A stretch of 64,000 bases of DNA from an uncultured Spirochaetales bacterium. GTDB lineage: Bacteria > Myxococcota_A > UBA9160 > SMWR01. The notes under the pieces were generated by a model. It had not been told where the DNA came from and ran no database searches. It worked only from the letters and a program-made list of their open reading frames with translations. The stretch spans positions 7,713-71,712 of the forward strand of contig CAZBSV010000078.1 in NCBI GenBank assembly GCA_964494795.1, in the 5' to 3' direction. The translations under genes and the position numbers were made by a program. Positions 17,351-25,315 of this stretch are shown one piece after another. Every line of letters begins with the position of its first letter. The first letter of the stretch is position 1.

Positions 17351-18163
17351 TCAGCGGCCGCCGCGTCGATCGGCGAGCACGGCCGCGAGCCGCCCGGGGT
17401 AGTCGGTGATGATGCCGTCGGCGCCGAGATCCAGCAGGCGATGCATCTGCCCGGGATCGTTGATCGTCCAGACGTGAACCTGGACTCCTCGCGCGTGTGC
17501 GAATTCGATCAAGGCTTGGCTGACGAGCGGCATGTCGCCGATGCTCGGCGGAACCTGCAGCGCCATCGGGCCAGCGGGAGGCTCGGTTCCTTCGGACGCG
17601 CCGCGCAAGAACGCGCGAATGTCGCGCTCGCTCGCGCCCTGCGCGATCGGTAACGCGCGCTTGCCGAGTCGCTCGCGGAGTTCCGCCATGATCTCGTCGT
17701 CGCCCGCGGTCAGCAGCGTGATCGCCTCGCGCCGGTGCTCCGCGATCAAATCCAGCGTCGCGTCGATCAGCTGCGATCCGGCTGCCTTGATTTCCAGATT
17801 GAAGCGAATTCCCGGAAACGACCGGAATGCCTCTTCGAGGCTCGGAATTTTCACACCGAGACCCCGATACGGATGCGTCTGATCGCCATCGCGGCGGAAG
17901 CGGAAGCCCGCGTCGAGGCTTAGCAACTCCGCAGCGCTGAGATCGGCGACCGCTCCGGAACCGTTCGTCACGCGATCGATGACCGCATCGTGGATCAGCA
18001 CGGGGACGCCATCCCGGCTCAGCTGGAGGTCGCTCTCGAGCACGTTCGCACGCTGCGCGAGTGCGCGATCGAACGCGGGGAACGTGTTTTCCGGAGCCTC
18101 GCCCGCGCAGCCCCGATGCGCGATCGAGAGGGGTCGCGGGAGATCGAAATAGGGGTGCGGCAC
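17351..18163 (-). CDS. Glycerophosphodiester phosphodiesterase (GDPD family)
   Basis: LSIAHRGCAGEAPENTFPAF...ESDLQLSRDGVPVLIHD are GDPD catalytic motifs. The start was set to GTG 18163 because the dcd gene on the other strand begins at 18191. Confidence 0.82.
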   Translation of the reverse strand: MPHPYFDLPRPLSIAHRGCAGEAPENTFPAFDRALAQRANVLESDLQLSRDGVPVLIHDAVIDRVTNGSGAVADLSAAELLSLDAGFRFRRDGDQTHPYRGLGVKIPSLEEAFRSFPGIRFNLEIKAAGSQLIDATLDLIAEHRREAITLLTAGDDEIMAELRERLGKRALPIAQGASERDIRAFLRGASEGTEPPAGPMALQVPPSIGDMPLVSQALIEFAHARGVQVHVWTINDPGQMHRLLDLGADGIITDYPGRLAAVLADRRGGR

Positions 18164-18190
18164 GGCGGGTAGGGTACCATCGCGCGCCCG

Positions 18191-18703
18191 ATGCCCGTCC
18201 TGACCCGCGAAGCGATCCTGGCGGAACTCGAATCCGGCAGACTGCAGATCGACCCGTTCCAGCGCGATCAGCTCGGTGCGGCGTCGATCGATCTCACGCT
18301 GGGTGATGAGATTCGCGTGTTCCAGCCCAGCAATGGGCCGATCGATCTCCGCGAAGACGCCGACTATCGCGACCATACGCGCATCCAGTCGCTCGACGCT
18401 CCCTATGTGCTCGAACCCGGTTGCACGATTCACGGCATCACGCGAGAGCGGATCGTATTGCCGAACAATCTCTGCGGATTTCTCGAGGGCAGGAGCCGAT
18501 TCGCGCGACTCGGACTCATGATTCACGTGACGTCGGCGTTCGTGCAGCCAGGTGTCGCCAATCGGCAGGTGCTCGAGATGAGCAATGTCGCCGATCGCCC
18601 ACTGCGGATCTACGCGGGCGTTCGCCTGTGTCAGCTCGTGCTCATGCGCACCGAAGGTGAGGCGCGCTACGAGGGCCGGTTCGCCGATCAGGACACTCTG
18701 TAG
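18191..18703 (+). CDS. dcd: dCTP deaminase family protein
   Basis: MPVLTREAILAELESGRLQIDPF...AASIDLTLG...GFLEGRSRFARLGL matches the Dcd/dUTPase-fold pattern. Confidence 0.88.
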   Translation: MPVLTREAILAELESGRLQIDPFQRDQLGAASIDLTLGDEIRVFQPSNGPIDLREDADYRDHTRIQSLDAPYVLEPGCTIHGITRERIVLPNNLCGFLEGRSRFARLGLMIHVTSAFVQPGVANRQVLEMSNVADRPLRIYAGVRLCQLVLMRTEGEARYEGRFADQDTL

Positions 18704-19153
18704 GTGCGCGCCGTCGTACAGAGGGTTCGCAGCGCGCAGGTTTCCGTCGCGGGTGAAGTCGCCTGCCAGATGGGCGAGGGACTGCTCGCACTGGTCGGAG
18801 TGGGTCGAGGCGATACCGAGGAATCAGCGCTCGCGCTCGCCGACCGCATCGCGCATCTGCGGGTCTTTGCGGACGCATCCGGCCGCATGAACCGCTCGCT
18901 TCTCGATACGGCTGGAACATTGGGCGTGGTATCGCAGTTCACCCTCTTTGGTGACGCCCGTCACGGTAGACGCCCTTCTTTCGTGGCAGCCTCTCCAGCC
19001 GAACACGCGGCCTCGCTGATAGAGGTCGTCGTGGCTGCGGCGCGCGGATTCGGATTGCAAGTGGTGACGGGCCGGTTTCAGACCGAAATGGAAGTGTCGC
19101 TCGTGAACTCGGGTCCAGTCACGATCCTTCTCGATACAGAGAAGGCCTTCTGA
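18704..19153 (+). CDS. dtd: D-aminoacyl-tRNA deacylase
   Basis: MRAVVQRVRSAQVSV...SQFTLFGD...GRRPSF...MEVSLVNSGPVT is the canonical Dtd pattern. The GTG start directly follows the dcd stop. Confidence 0.92.
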   Translation: MRAVVQRVRSAQVSVAGEVACQMGEGLLALVGVGRGDTEESALALADRIAHLRVFADASGRMNRSLLDTAGTLGVVSQFTLFGDARHGRRPSFVAASPAEHAASLIEVVVAAARGFGLQVVTGRFQTEMEVSLVNSGPVTILLDTEKAF

Positions 19154-19322
19154 TCGGAGCTTCCGGGCAGCCGGAGCCGCGGTCCGGCTTGACGTGCGCA
19201 AACGCAGCGGCATCATGCAGACGGGGCGGCGCCAGTCCCACAGCTGCGGGGTCGGCGCCGGAGCGCGATTCGGGGACGAATCGCCAACAATGAGAGGGGT
19301 AATCGTGTTTCAACTCAACGCT

Positions 19323-19670
19323 ATGCGTTTCACTGTAATGCTGGGTGTACTGGTATTCGCACTTCAGGCGGGCCCTGCTCGCGCGGATGATGGTGCGAGC
19401 GAGGCGGGGATCGGCACGGCTTCCGCCGTGGCTTCTCTGATCTACGGACCGATCAAGATCGTCTATTCACTGTTGGGCGTAGTTTTTGGCGGCCTCGCGT
19501 ACGGGCTTTCGGGCGGAGATGCGGATGTGCTGACTGCGGTCGTCACCCCCGCGATTCGCGGAGATTACGTGATCACGCCGAGTCACATTCGCGGTGAACG
19601 ATCGATCGAGTTCATCGGACACCGACCGGAAGACCAAGAGGACACGGTCGTTCTCGAAGAGATCTACTAG
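19323..19670 (+). CDS. Small hypothetical exported/membrane protein
   Basis: MRFTVMLGVLVFALQAGPARADD is a signal peptide, followed by a Gly-rich hydrophobic segment. Alternative start at ATG 19290. No recognisable family. Confidence 0.45.
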   Translation: MRFTVMLGVLVFALQAGPARADDGASEAGIGTASAVASLIYGPIKIVYSLLGVVFGGLAYGLSGGDADVLTAVVTPAIRGDYVITPSHIRGERSIEFIGHRPEDQEDTVVLEEIY

Positions 19671-19880
19671 CCCGCGCAGACCATGGCTGGTTTTTCGCTG
19701 CGTGCCCGGACAGTTCCGTTTGGATAAATACACGGCGCCACTTGCCCACGCAGGACCTGGGCTGGTTGCTCGCTGCCTGCCATTGGCGGGGGCCCAGTTA
19801 GCCTGGTCGTAGCCGCGCAGACCGGGGCTGGTTTCTCGCTGAGCGTCGCTGGCGGGGGCCCAGCAACGGGCAGGGAGACC
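19671..19880. repeat. Composite intergenic repeat, locus 2 (inverted relative to locus 1)
   Basis: Contains revcomp copies of the GAAACCAGCCCCGGTCTGCG(Y)GGGC unit and of the locus-1 core, including a 41-bp match with 2 mismatches (19701-19741 vs 16780-16820). Confidence 0.85.
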
Positions 19881-20382
19881 GGCTGGGTCGCAGAGATTCC
19901 TGCCGAGTTTGATCCTGGTGAGCGGCTTTCGGAATTCCGGACCGATCGTAGAGTGAGTTTTTGGCAAACTGGGCGGCGAGAGGGCCGGGGAGTTTGGCAT
20001 GAAAAGGAAGGGTCGATTCAGCGGGTCGACGCAATGCCGTTTCGATCGCGCGAGCGATCTCCAGGCTCTCCGACGGAATGGGGAGGCCGAGACGCAGTCG
20101 AAGGTGATGTATTCCATTTCTCTCTAATTGCTTTAGAGACAATTTGGCTGAAATAGAATACCGACATCAACAGCGAAGACAGGCTGATCCAGCAGACCTT
20201 CGCTGCGCAACTCGATCGCGTGCTCCCGCATGCCGTCACCGTCAACATTCGCGGCAACAGTTACCGACTCAAGGACAAGCCCAGGTCCGCGCTCGTCCAG
20301 GCAGCCACCGAGGCCGCCAGTGGATCACCCAGGGTGGGGAGTTTTCGATGCCCGTGAGTGGGGAGATTTGGGTGCCCGTTGA

Positions 20383-20505
20383 CACCTCGAGGACGGCAGC
20401 GACATCCGAACCGTCCAAGAGCTGCTCGGCCACAAGGACGTCGCCAAGGCGATGATCTACACCCACGTGCTGAACCGCGGGCTCCGGGCGTCCAGTCCCC
20501 GGCCG
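20383..20505 (+). pseudogene. C-terminal fragment of a tyrosine recombinase/integrase (integron-integrase/XerD-like)
   Basis: The frame starting after the TGA at 20380 reads [39 protein letters not shown], which is box II with the catalytic Tyr. Only about 40 codons remain, the upstream sequence is unrelated, and no start codon is present. Confidence 0.65.
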
Positions 20506-20799
20506 ACCGCCTGCTCGGAGGTTGACGATGCACACCCATTCTCGTGTTCTTCTCGGTCTCGTCCGGCCGTCACCTCCCCGCGGAGGGCGACGACCGTAAC
20601 GCCTGGGCTTCGCGGGGTCTTATACAGACCCGTCTAACGCCGAGCACCGCCTCGCGCGCGTCGCGTCGCATCTCCTGGAATCACGGCACCTTGCGTCGCT
20701 CGCGCAGTCCCTTCCAAATCACATTAGGCAGACCGCCTTGTCGCGTTCGTGGTATTTATGCGGGTCTGTCCAATACACGTTGGGCTGCGCGAAGAGGTC

Positions 20800-20864
20800 C
20801 TAGCGGGGGAATCTGCGCTTCCCTTGCGGCGCAGCTCGAACCCGTTCCGAGTTCGAGCTGCTAG
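20800..20864. repeat. CTAG-bounded ~60-bp double-hairpin element, copy B (inverted)
   Basis: The revcomp CTAGCAGCTCGAACTCGGAACGGGTTCGAGCTGCGCCGCAAGGGAAGCGCAGATTCCCCCGCTAG matches 13556-13620 with a few substitutions. The right-hand CTAG carries the higA stop codon. Confidence 0.85.
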
Positions 20865-21211
20865 CCGGGGCGCTTCAGAACGGCAACCTCTTTCTTGAGT
20901 CGCCCCCGAAGGCGGTCCTTCTCTACCTCGAGGTCGTAGTGCGCTTGGAGATTCATCCAAAACTCCTCCGAGGTCTCGAAATACCTCGCGAGGCGTAGCG
21001 CCGTGTCGGCGGAGATCCCGCGGAGCCCGTGCACGATCTCGTTGATCCGCCGCGGCGGCACACTGATGTCCTTGGCGATCCGGTACTGCGAGAGCCCCAG
21101 CGGCTTCAGGAACTCCTCCTCCAGGATCTCTCCCGGATGAATCGGGGGGTGCGCTCGACGCGCGACAGTCCGCCTCTTAGTGGTAGTCGCAGATCTCTGC
21201 GTCATGGGCAT
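20861..21211 (-). CDS. higA: HigA-family antitoxin (XRE-type HTH)
   Basis: HPGEILEEEFLKPLGLSQYRIAKDISVPPRRINEIVHGLRGISADTALRLARYF is the classic HigA antidote signature. Start at ATG 21211 (MPMTQ), overlapping the end of higB. Confidence 0.88.
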   Translation of the reverse strand: MPMTQRSATTTKRRTVARRAHPPIHPGEILEEEFLKPLGLSQYRIAKDISVPPRRINEIVHGLRGISADTALRLARYFETSEEFWMNLQAHYDLEVEKDRLRGRLKKEVAVLKRPG

Positions 21212-21458
21212 CTCCGTCCTTCCAGCGGAAGCAGATTCTCCACTGGTCGTTGATCCGAATGCTGTGCTGTCCTGCGCGGCCTCCCGCGAGGCGCTCCAGA
21301 CGGCTCCCGGGCGGGACGCGCAGCTCCTCCAATCGCTCGGCCGCATCCAGGAGGAGGAGCTTGCGGTGGGCTCGTCGCTGCACATCCGGTGGCAGCTTGC
21401 GCCCCCGCACCCGTTCAAAGACCCTCCGCGTTTCCGCATCTCGGAAGGACCGAATCAC
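21177..21458 (-). CDS. higB: HigB-family toxin (RelE/ParE superfamily, plasmid maintenance system killer)
   Basis: MIRSFRDAETRRVFE...LLLLDAA...LERLAGGRAGQHSIRINDQWRICFRW is the canonical HigB pattern. It lies upstream of higA, in toxin-first order. Confidence 0.88.
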   Translation of the reverse strand: MIRSFRDAETRRVFERVRGRKLPPDVQRRAHRKLLLLDAAERLEELRVPPGSRLERLAGGRAGQHSIRINDQWRICFRWKDGDAHDAEICDYH

Positions 21459-21705
21459 GGGTCAGAGCGTAACGCGATCCAATCATAACGTCAACCGTTA
21501 CTATGGCGGTGGCGCGCAGGAGGAGGACCCAATGAGGATCAAGGCGCTGCAGCTGACGCGCCGCCGCTCCGGAGCCTGCCAGGGCTTCCAGCCGGCGGGC
21601 GGCCGGTTGGCAGGCAGGAGCGCCGGCCGCCCGCCGGAGTATCCTCGGGGTTCACGGGCGGCGCGCAGCTGAGCGCCGGTCCGTTGGGCCGACGGAGCGA
21701 GGTTC

Positions 21706-22209
21706 GTGGCAACTATACGATGCACCGGGAAGCTCGAAGCGCAGATTGGAATGAAACTCCCTGCGATCCCCGATGTGTCGCCGTTCGACTGGCATGCCAA
21801 TTTGCTTTGGCTGGATGGAAAGAAGCATGTCCTGTTCTGCTCAGACGCCACGCGTCTCAGCTGCCTCACACCCGCAGTGTCCAAATCCCAGATTCGGGAG
21901 CTTCCTTGGCTTTTGAAGTCCGCGCTTCGCAGCGTCATGACCGATGAGCGCTTCGCTCATGGCATCATTGAGCGCGTCATTGCAGCGCAAGATCCAATCA
22001 CACTCGCGAGAACCGCGAGCAAATCGGTCCTGGGAACCATTAACGACAACACGATGCACATTCGCTTTCTCCGTGAGCGATACGGAGGCCAATCGCAAAT
22101 TGGCCTCTCGGAGCTGCATGATCACCTGAACCATATGCCGATGAAGCCGAACGGTTGGAAGTACGCTATCGAGTCGTTCAAGCAAGATTTCGTCGATGCC
22201 ATCGCCTAG
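21706..22209 (+). CDS. Hypothetical protein, DUF6933-like
   Basis: VATIRCTGKLEAQIG...FDWHANLLWLDGKKHVLFCSDATRLS...SKSVLGTINDN resembles, from memory, the uncharacterised family annotated DUF6933. The gene is visibly lower in G+C than its surroundings. Confidence 0.6.
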   Translation: MATIRCTGKLEAQIGMKLPAIPDVSPFDWHANLLWLDGKKHVLFCSDATRLSCLTPAVSKSQIRELPWLLKSALRSVMTDERFAHGIIERVIAAQDPITLARTASKSVLGTINDNTMHIRFLRERYGGQSQIGLSELHDHLNHMPMKPNGWKYAIESFKQDFVDAIA

Positions 22210-22547
22210 CCAATCGTCCGAGCGAACCCAGCGAGGCGTCAGCCAATTTGCATACGCAAATGGGTCGCCACTTCGTCGGGCCGCTCAACTCCACCGTTAG
22301 CGCGACAGGCGGGATGAGTCCCCACAAGTTCACGCCCTCCCGGTCGCCCGCATCGCGGGCCCATCGCCCGGGGCCACCGGCTATCTTGGTCCAACCCATT
22401 GCGACCGATGATCTGGCCCGATGCCGGCGACGCTTACCATCGAAAGACGGGTGACCGCGACAGAATCGCGACAGTTACCGCGGCAAGGTTGGTGACGGAC
22501 TGAAGTCGCTGACAACGCAGCTCGGGTTTGATTTATGAAGAGCCGGT

Positions 22548-22580
22548 ATCCTAAAATAACGCTCGCCGTTAATTTAGGAT
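22548..22580. promoter_or_regulatory. Perfect 8-bp inverted repeat (ATCCTAAA-N17-TTTAGGAT) overlapping the Fic start region
   Basis: Seen directly. AT-rich palindrome at the 5' end of the fic ORF, consistent with an operator. Confidence 0.35.
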
Positions 22581-23772
22581 GCCACCGCCCATGAAACGCA
22601 CCCTGCAGGGCCGTTACCTCAAGGTCGCTAGTGCAGGCGAGGCGTTCAAGGCCTTCGTCCCGGCGCCGCTGCCGCCGCGGCCGGCCATCGACTGGACGCC
22701 CGCGCTGCGGGCCCGCTTCGACGCGGCGCTGTTGGCCCTCGGTCGGCTCGACGCGGTGACCGACCTGCTGCCGAACGCGGGGCTTCTCCTCTACAGCTTC
22801 GTCCGCAAGGAAGCAGTGCTCTCGTCGATGATCGAGGGCACGCAATCCTCGCTCACGGACCTGATGCTGTTTGAACTCGACGAGCAGCCGGGCGTGCCCA
22901 TGGAGGATGTGCGCGAGGTGAGCCGCTACGTGGCGGCCCTTGAACACGGTCTCGGGCGGCTGCGCGGGGGTTTTCCGCTGTCGCTGCGCCTGCTGTGCGA
23001 GGTACACAAGGTGCTGCTCGACGACGGGCGCGGATCAAAACTCACGCCGGGCAAGTTTCGCCGCAGTCAGGTCTGGATCGGCGGCACGCGGCCCGGCAAT
23101 TCGGTGTTCGTGCCGCCGCCGGTAAACGAGCTGGACGAGTGCCTGAAGCACTTCGAGCGCTTCTTGCACGACCAGCCTGAGCCGACACCGTCGCTGGTCA
23201 AGGCCGCGCTGGCCCATGTGCAGTTCGAAACCATCCACCCCTTCCTCGACGGCAACGGACGGCTGGGTCGACTGCTGATCGCGCTGCAACTGGCGGCTGA
23301 TGGCTTGCTGCGCGAGCCGCTGCTCTACCTGAGCCTACACTTCAACGCGCAGCGACAGACCTACTACGAATTGCTGAATGCGGTGCGTTTGTCCGGCGAT
23401 TGGGAGACCTGGCTGGAGTTCTTTGCCGATGCCTTGGTTGCGAGCGCCGTCCAGGCCGCCTCGTCGGCCAAGCGGCTGCTGGAGTTGGCCTCGGACGATG
23501 GCCGGCGCATCGAAGGCCTGGGCCGCGCCACCGCTTCTGCAGTGGCGATCCACCGGGTGCTGCAGCGTAAGCCCATTGGCACTGCTGCGTCGCTCGCGGC
23601 CGCTACCGGACTCACGCCGGCCACGGTGAACAAGTCGCTCGCGCACCTGGAACGTATCGGCGTGGTGGCCGAACTCACGAGCAAGCAGCGCGGGCGGGTG
23701 TTCAGCTACGCGCGCTACGCCGAGATTCTCAACGAAGGCATGGAATTGCCCGGCCGAGGCGGCCGGCCGTGA
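22579..23772 (+). CDS. Fic-family protein (AMPylase type) with N-terminal Fic_N/inhibitory helix and C-terminal winged-helix domain
   Basis: Fic motif HPFLDGNGRLGR; inhibitory-helix motif SSMIEGT (S/TxxxE-G/N) upstream. The start may be ATG 22591 (MKRTLQ). Confidence 0.9.
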   Translation: MPPPMKRTLQGRYLKVASAGEAFKAFVPAPLPPRPAIDWTPALRARFDAALLALGRLDAVTDLLPNAGLLLYSFVRKEAVLSSMIEGTQSSLTDLMLFELDEQPGVPMEDVREVSRYVAALEHGLGRLRGGFPLSLRLLCEVHKVLLDDGRGSKLTPGKFRRSQVWIGGTRPGNSVFVPPPVNELDECLKHFERFLHDQPEPTPSLVKAALAHVQFETIHPFLDGNGRLGRLLIALQLAADGLLREPLLYLSLHFNAQRQTYYELLNAVRLSGDWETWLEFFADALVASAVQAASSAKRLLELASDDGRRIEGLGRATASAVAIHRVLQRKPIGTAASLAAATGLTPATVNKSLAHLERIGVVAELTSKQRGRVFSYARYAEILNEGMELPGRGGRP

Positions 23773-23870
23773 GCCATTTCGAGGTGGGTGAAGGGTTGGG
23801 GTGGATCGGCCGATCAGGGGGGTTGGCTGGCGTCTCTGACGCTGAACGGCGATCCTGACCGGCTGGGCTT

Positions 23871-24644
23871 ATGACTGAACTCGGTTCCCACTCTTTTATC
23901 GCGTTTGCGGCTGGGCTCATTTCGGTGCTGTCGCCGTGCGTGCTGCCGCTGATGCCCGCTTACCTGTCGCTGGTCTCGGGAATCTCGGTGGAAGAGATGC
24001 AGGATGGGGGGAGCGACAGCGTGGTCCGGCGCCGGGTGATGCTGGCGTGCTTTGCGTTCGTGATCGGATTTTCCTGCATCTTCGTGCTGATGGGGGTCGG
24101 CGCGTTTGCGGTCGGACACGTGCTGCGGACCTGGCAGACCGAAATCTTCGGATTTCGCTTCGGCTTTGCACAGATTGCCGGGGTCTTCATCATCCTGCTC
24201 GGGCTGCACATGACCGGCATCACCCCGATTCGCAGCCTGTACCGCGACACGCGATTTCAGCTCCAGTTCAAGCAGAGCAGCGCGGTGAGTGCGTTTCTCG
24301 TCGGGGCCGGTTTCGCGCTGGGCTGGTCGCCGTGCATCGGGCCTCCGCTCGCGATGATCCTGACGCTCGCCGGTAGCGAAGAGACCGCGCTGCAGGGCAT
24401 GGCCCTGCTGATGATCTACTCGGCGGGGCTCGCGATCCCCTTCCTGATTGCGGGCTGGAGCATCGAGTATTTCTTTCAGGCGTTTTCGCGCATCAAAGTG
24501 CACTTTCGCAAATTCGAAATCGCTTCGGGGGGCATCCTCGTTGGCGTCGGATTGTTGCTCGTGACCGATCAGCTCTCGGCGTTGAACAGCCGCTTCCGAT
24601 TCATGACGGACTGGGTTTCCGCCGCGGAGCGGATGATTCAATGA
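23871..24644 (+). CDS. ccdA: Cytochrome c biogenesis thiol-disulfide transporter CcdA (DsbD-family membrane domain)
   Basis: GLISVLSPCVLPLMPAYL and a second conserved GWSPCIGP motif; 6 or more TM helices. Confidence 0.9.
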   Translation: MTELGSHSFIAFAAGLISVLSPCVLPLMPAYLSLVSGISVEEMQDGGSDSVVRRRVMLACFAFVIGFSCIFVLMGVGAFAVGHVLRTWQTEIFGFRFGFAQIAGVFIILLGLHMTGITPIRSLYRDTRFQLQFKQSSAVSAFLVGAGFALGWSPCIGPPLAMILTLAGSEETALQGMALLMIYSAGLAIPFLIAGWSIEYFFQAFSRIKVHFRKFEIASGGILVGVGLLLVTDQLSALNSRFRFMTDWVSAAERMIQ

Positions 24645-25222
24645 GCCAGGGTGTGTTCAGCGTTGCCGTGCGCGTGGCCGTTCTGGCGGCTTGGGTGGTG
24701 TCGCTCCCAGTGCTCGGCTGCAGCGCTCAGGAGCGCGTCGGCTCGAGCGCCTCGGCACCCGATGCCGCGGCGGAAAAACCGCAGAGGCCGGCGCCGAATT
24801 TTGCTTTGAAGAGTGTCGATGGCCGGCCCGTTTCGCTCGCCGAGCATCGCGGCAAGCCGGTCGTGATCGATTTCTGGGCGACCTGGTGCGTTCCGTGCCT
24901 CTACCAGGTTCCCGAACTCAACGCGTTCTGGAAGAACCACCGCGAGGCCGGCGACGTGGCGGTGATCGGCGTCGCAGTCGACGTCGAGGGCGCCTCGGTC
25001 GTGGCTCCGTGGATCGAAGAGCAGGGCGTCGAATACTCGATCGCACTCGGCGACGAACGCCTGGCGCGGGACTTTGGCGTCATGGGCTTTCCGACGCTCG
25101 CGATCATCCGCCCCGACGGCAACATCGATTCGCTCCACGTCGGATTGATCGAGGTGGAAGAGCTGGAGCGCCTGGTGGCCCCGTTCATCGGTGCCGCCGA
25201 GGTCCTCGAGCCGGGCTCCTAG
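24641..25222 (+). CDS. TlpA/ResA-like periplasmic thiol:disulfide oxidoreductase
   Basis: Signal/lipoprotein-like N-terminus (LPVLGCS) and thioredoxin fold with FWATWCVPC. The start overlaps the ccdA stop (ATGA). Confidence 0.88.
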   Translation: MSQGVFSVAVRVAVLAAWVVSLPVLGCSAQERVGSSASAPDAAAEKPQRPAPNFALKSVDGRPVSLAEHRGKPVVIDFWATWCVPCLYQVPELNAFWKNHREAGDVAVIGVAVDVEGASVVAPWIEEQGVEYSIALGDERLARDFGVMGFPTLAIIRPDGNIDSLHVGLIEVEELERLVAPFIGAAEVLEPGS

Positions 25223-25315
25223 GCGGCTCAGCCCGCTTGGCTGGCGCTCCGCGAGGCCCTCAAGCCGGGGGCCGAACTCGTCGAAACCGCCCTTGGCGCG
25301 GCCCAGGGGGAAGTC

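Larger units (their letters stand above)
19671..23800. mobile_element. Degenerate accessory island (integrase remnant, higBA, DUF6933-like, Fic)
   Basis: Gene content is typical of an integrative element. Stretches are visibly lower in G+C (about 19.9-20.2 kb and 21.7-22.2 kb). It interrupts housekeeping context (dtd ... ccdA) and has a repeat cluster at its left edge. Boundaries are approximate. Confidence 0.5.

Noticed and set aside
17351-18526. The full 391-aa track ORF as the GDPD gene.
   Set aside because: GDPD homology starts at ...LSIAHRG. The upstream 120 codons overlap the well-supported dcd gene on the opposite strand, and an in-frame GTG at 18163 gives a normal-length GDPD.
20614-20770. 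Integron attC site or Tn3-type terminal repeat next to the integrase fragment: GGGGTCT at 20614, GTCTAAC at 20632-20638, ATTAGGC at 20723-20729, and a 9-bp inverted match ACAGACCCG / CGGGTCTGT.
   Set aside because: The sequences between the putative R'' and R' boxes are direct rather than inverted repeats, so no attC-like imperfect palindrome can form. The region also lies 3' of the integrase remnant rather than at its 5' (attI) side. There is no matching second GGGG... terminal repeat and no transposase. Only the 9-bp inverted match remains, which is too weak.
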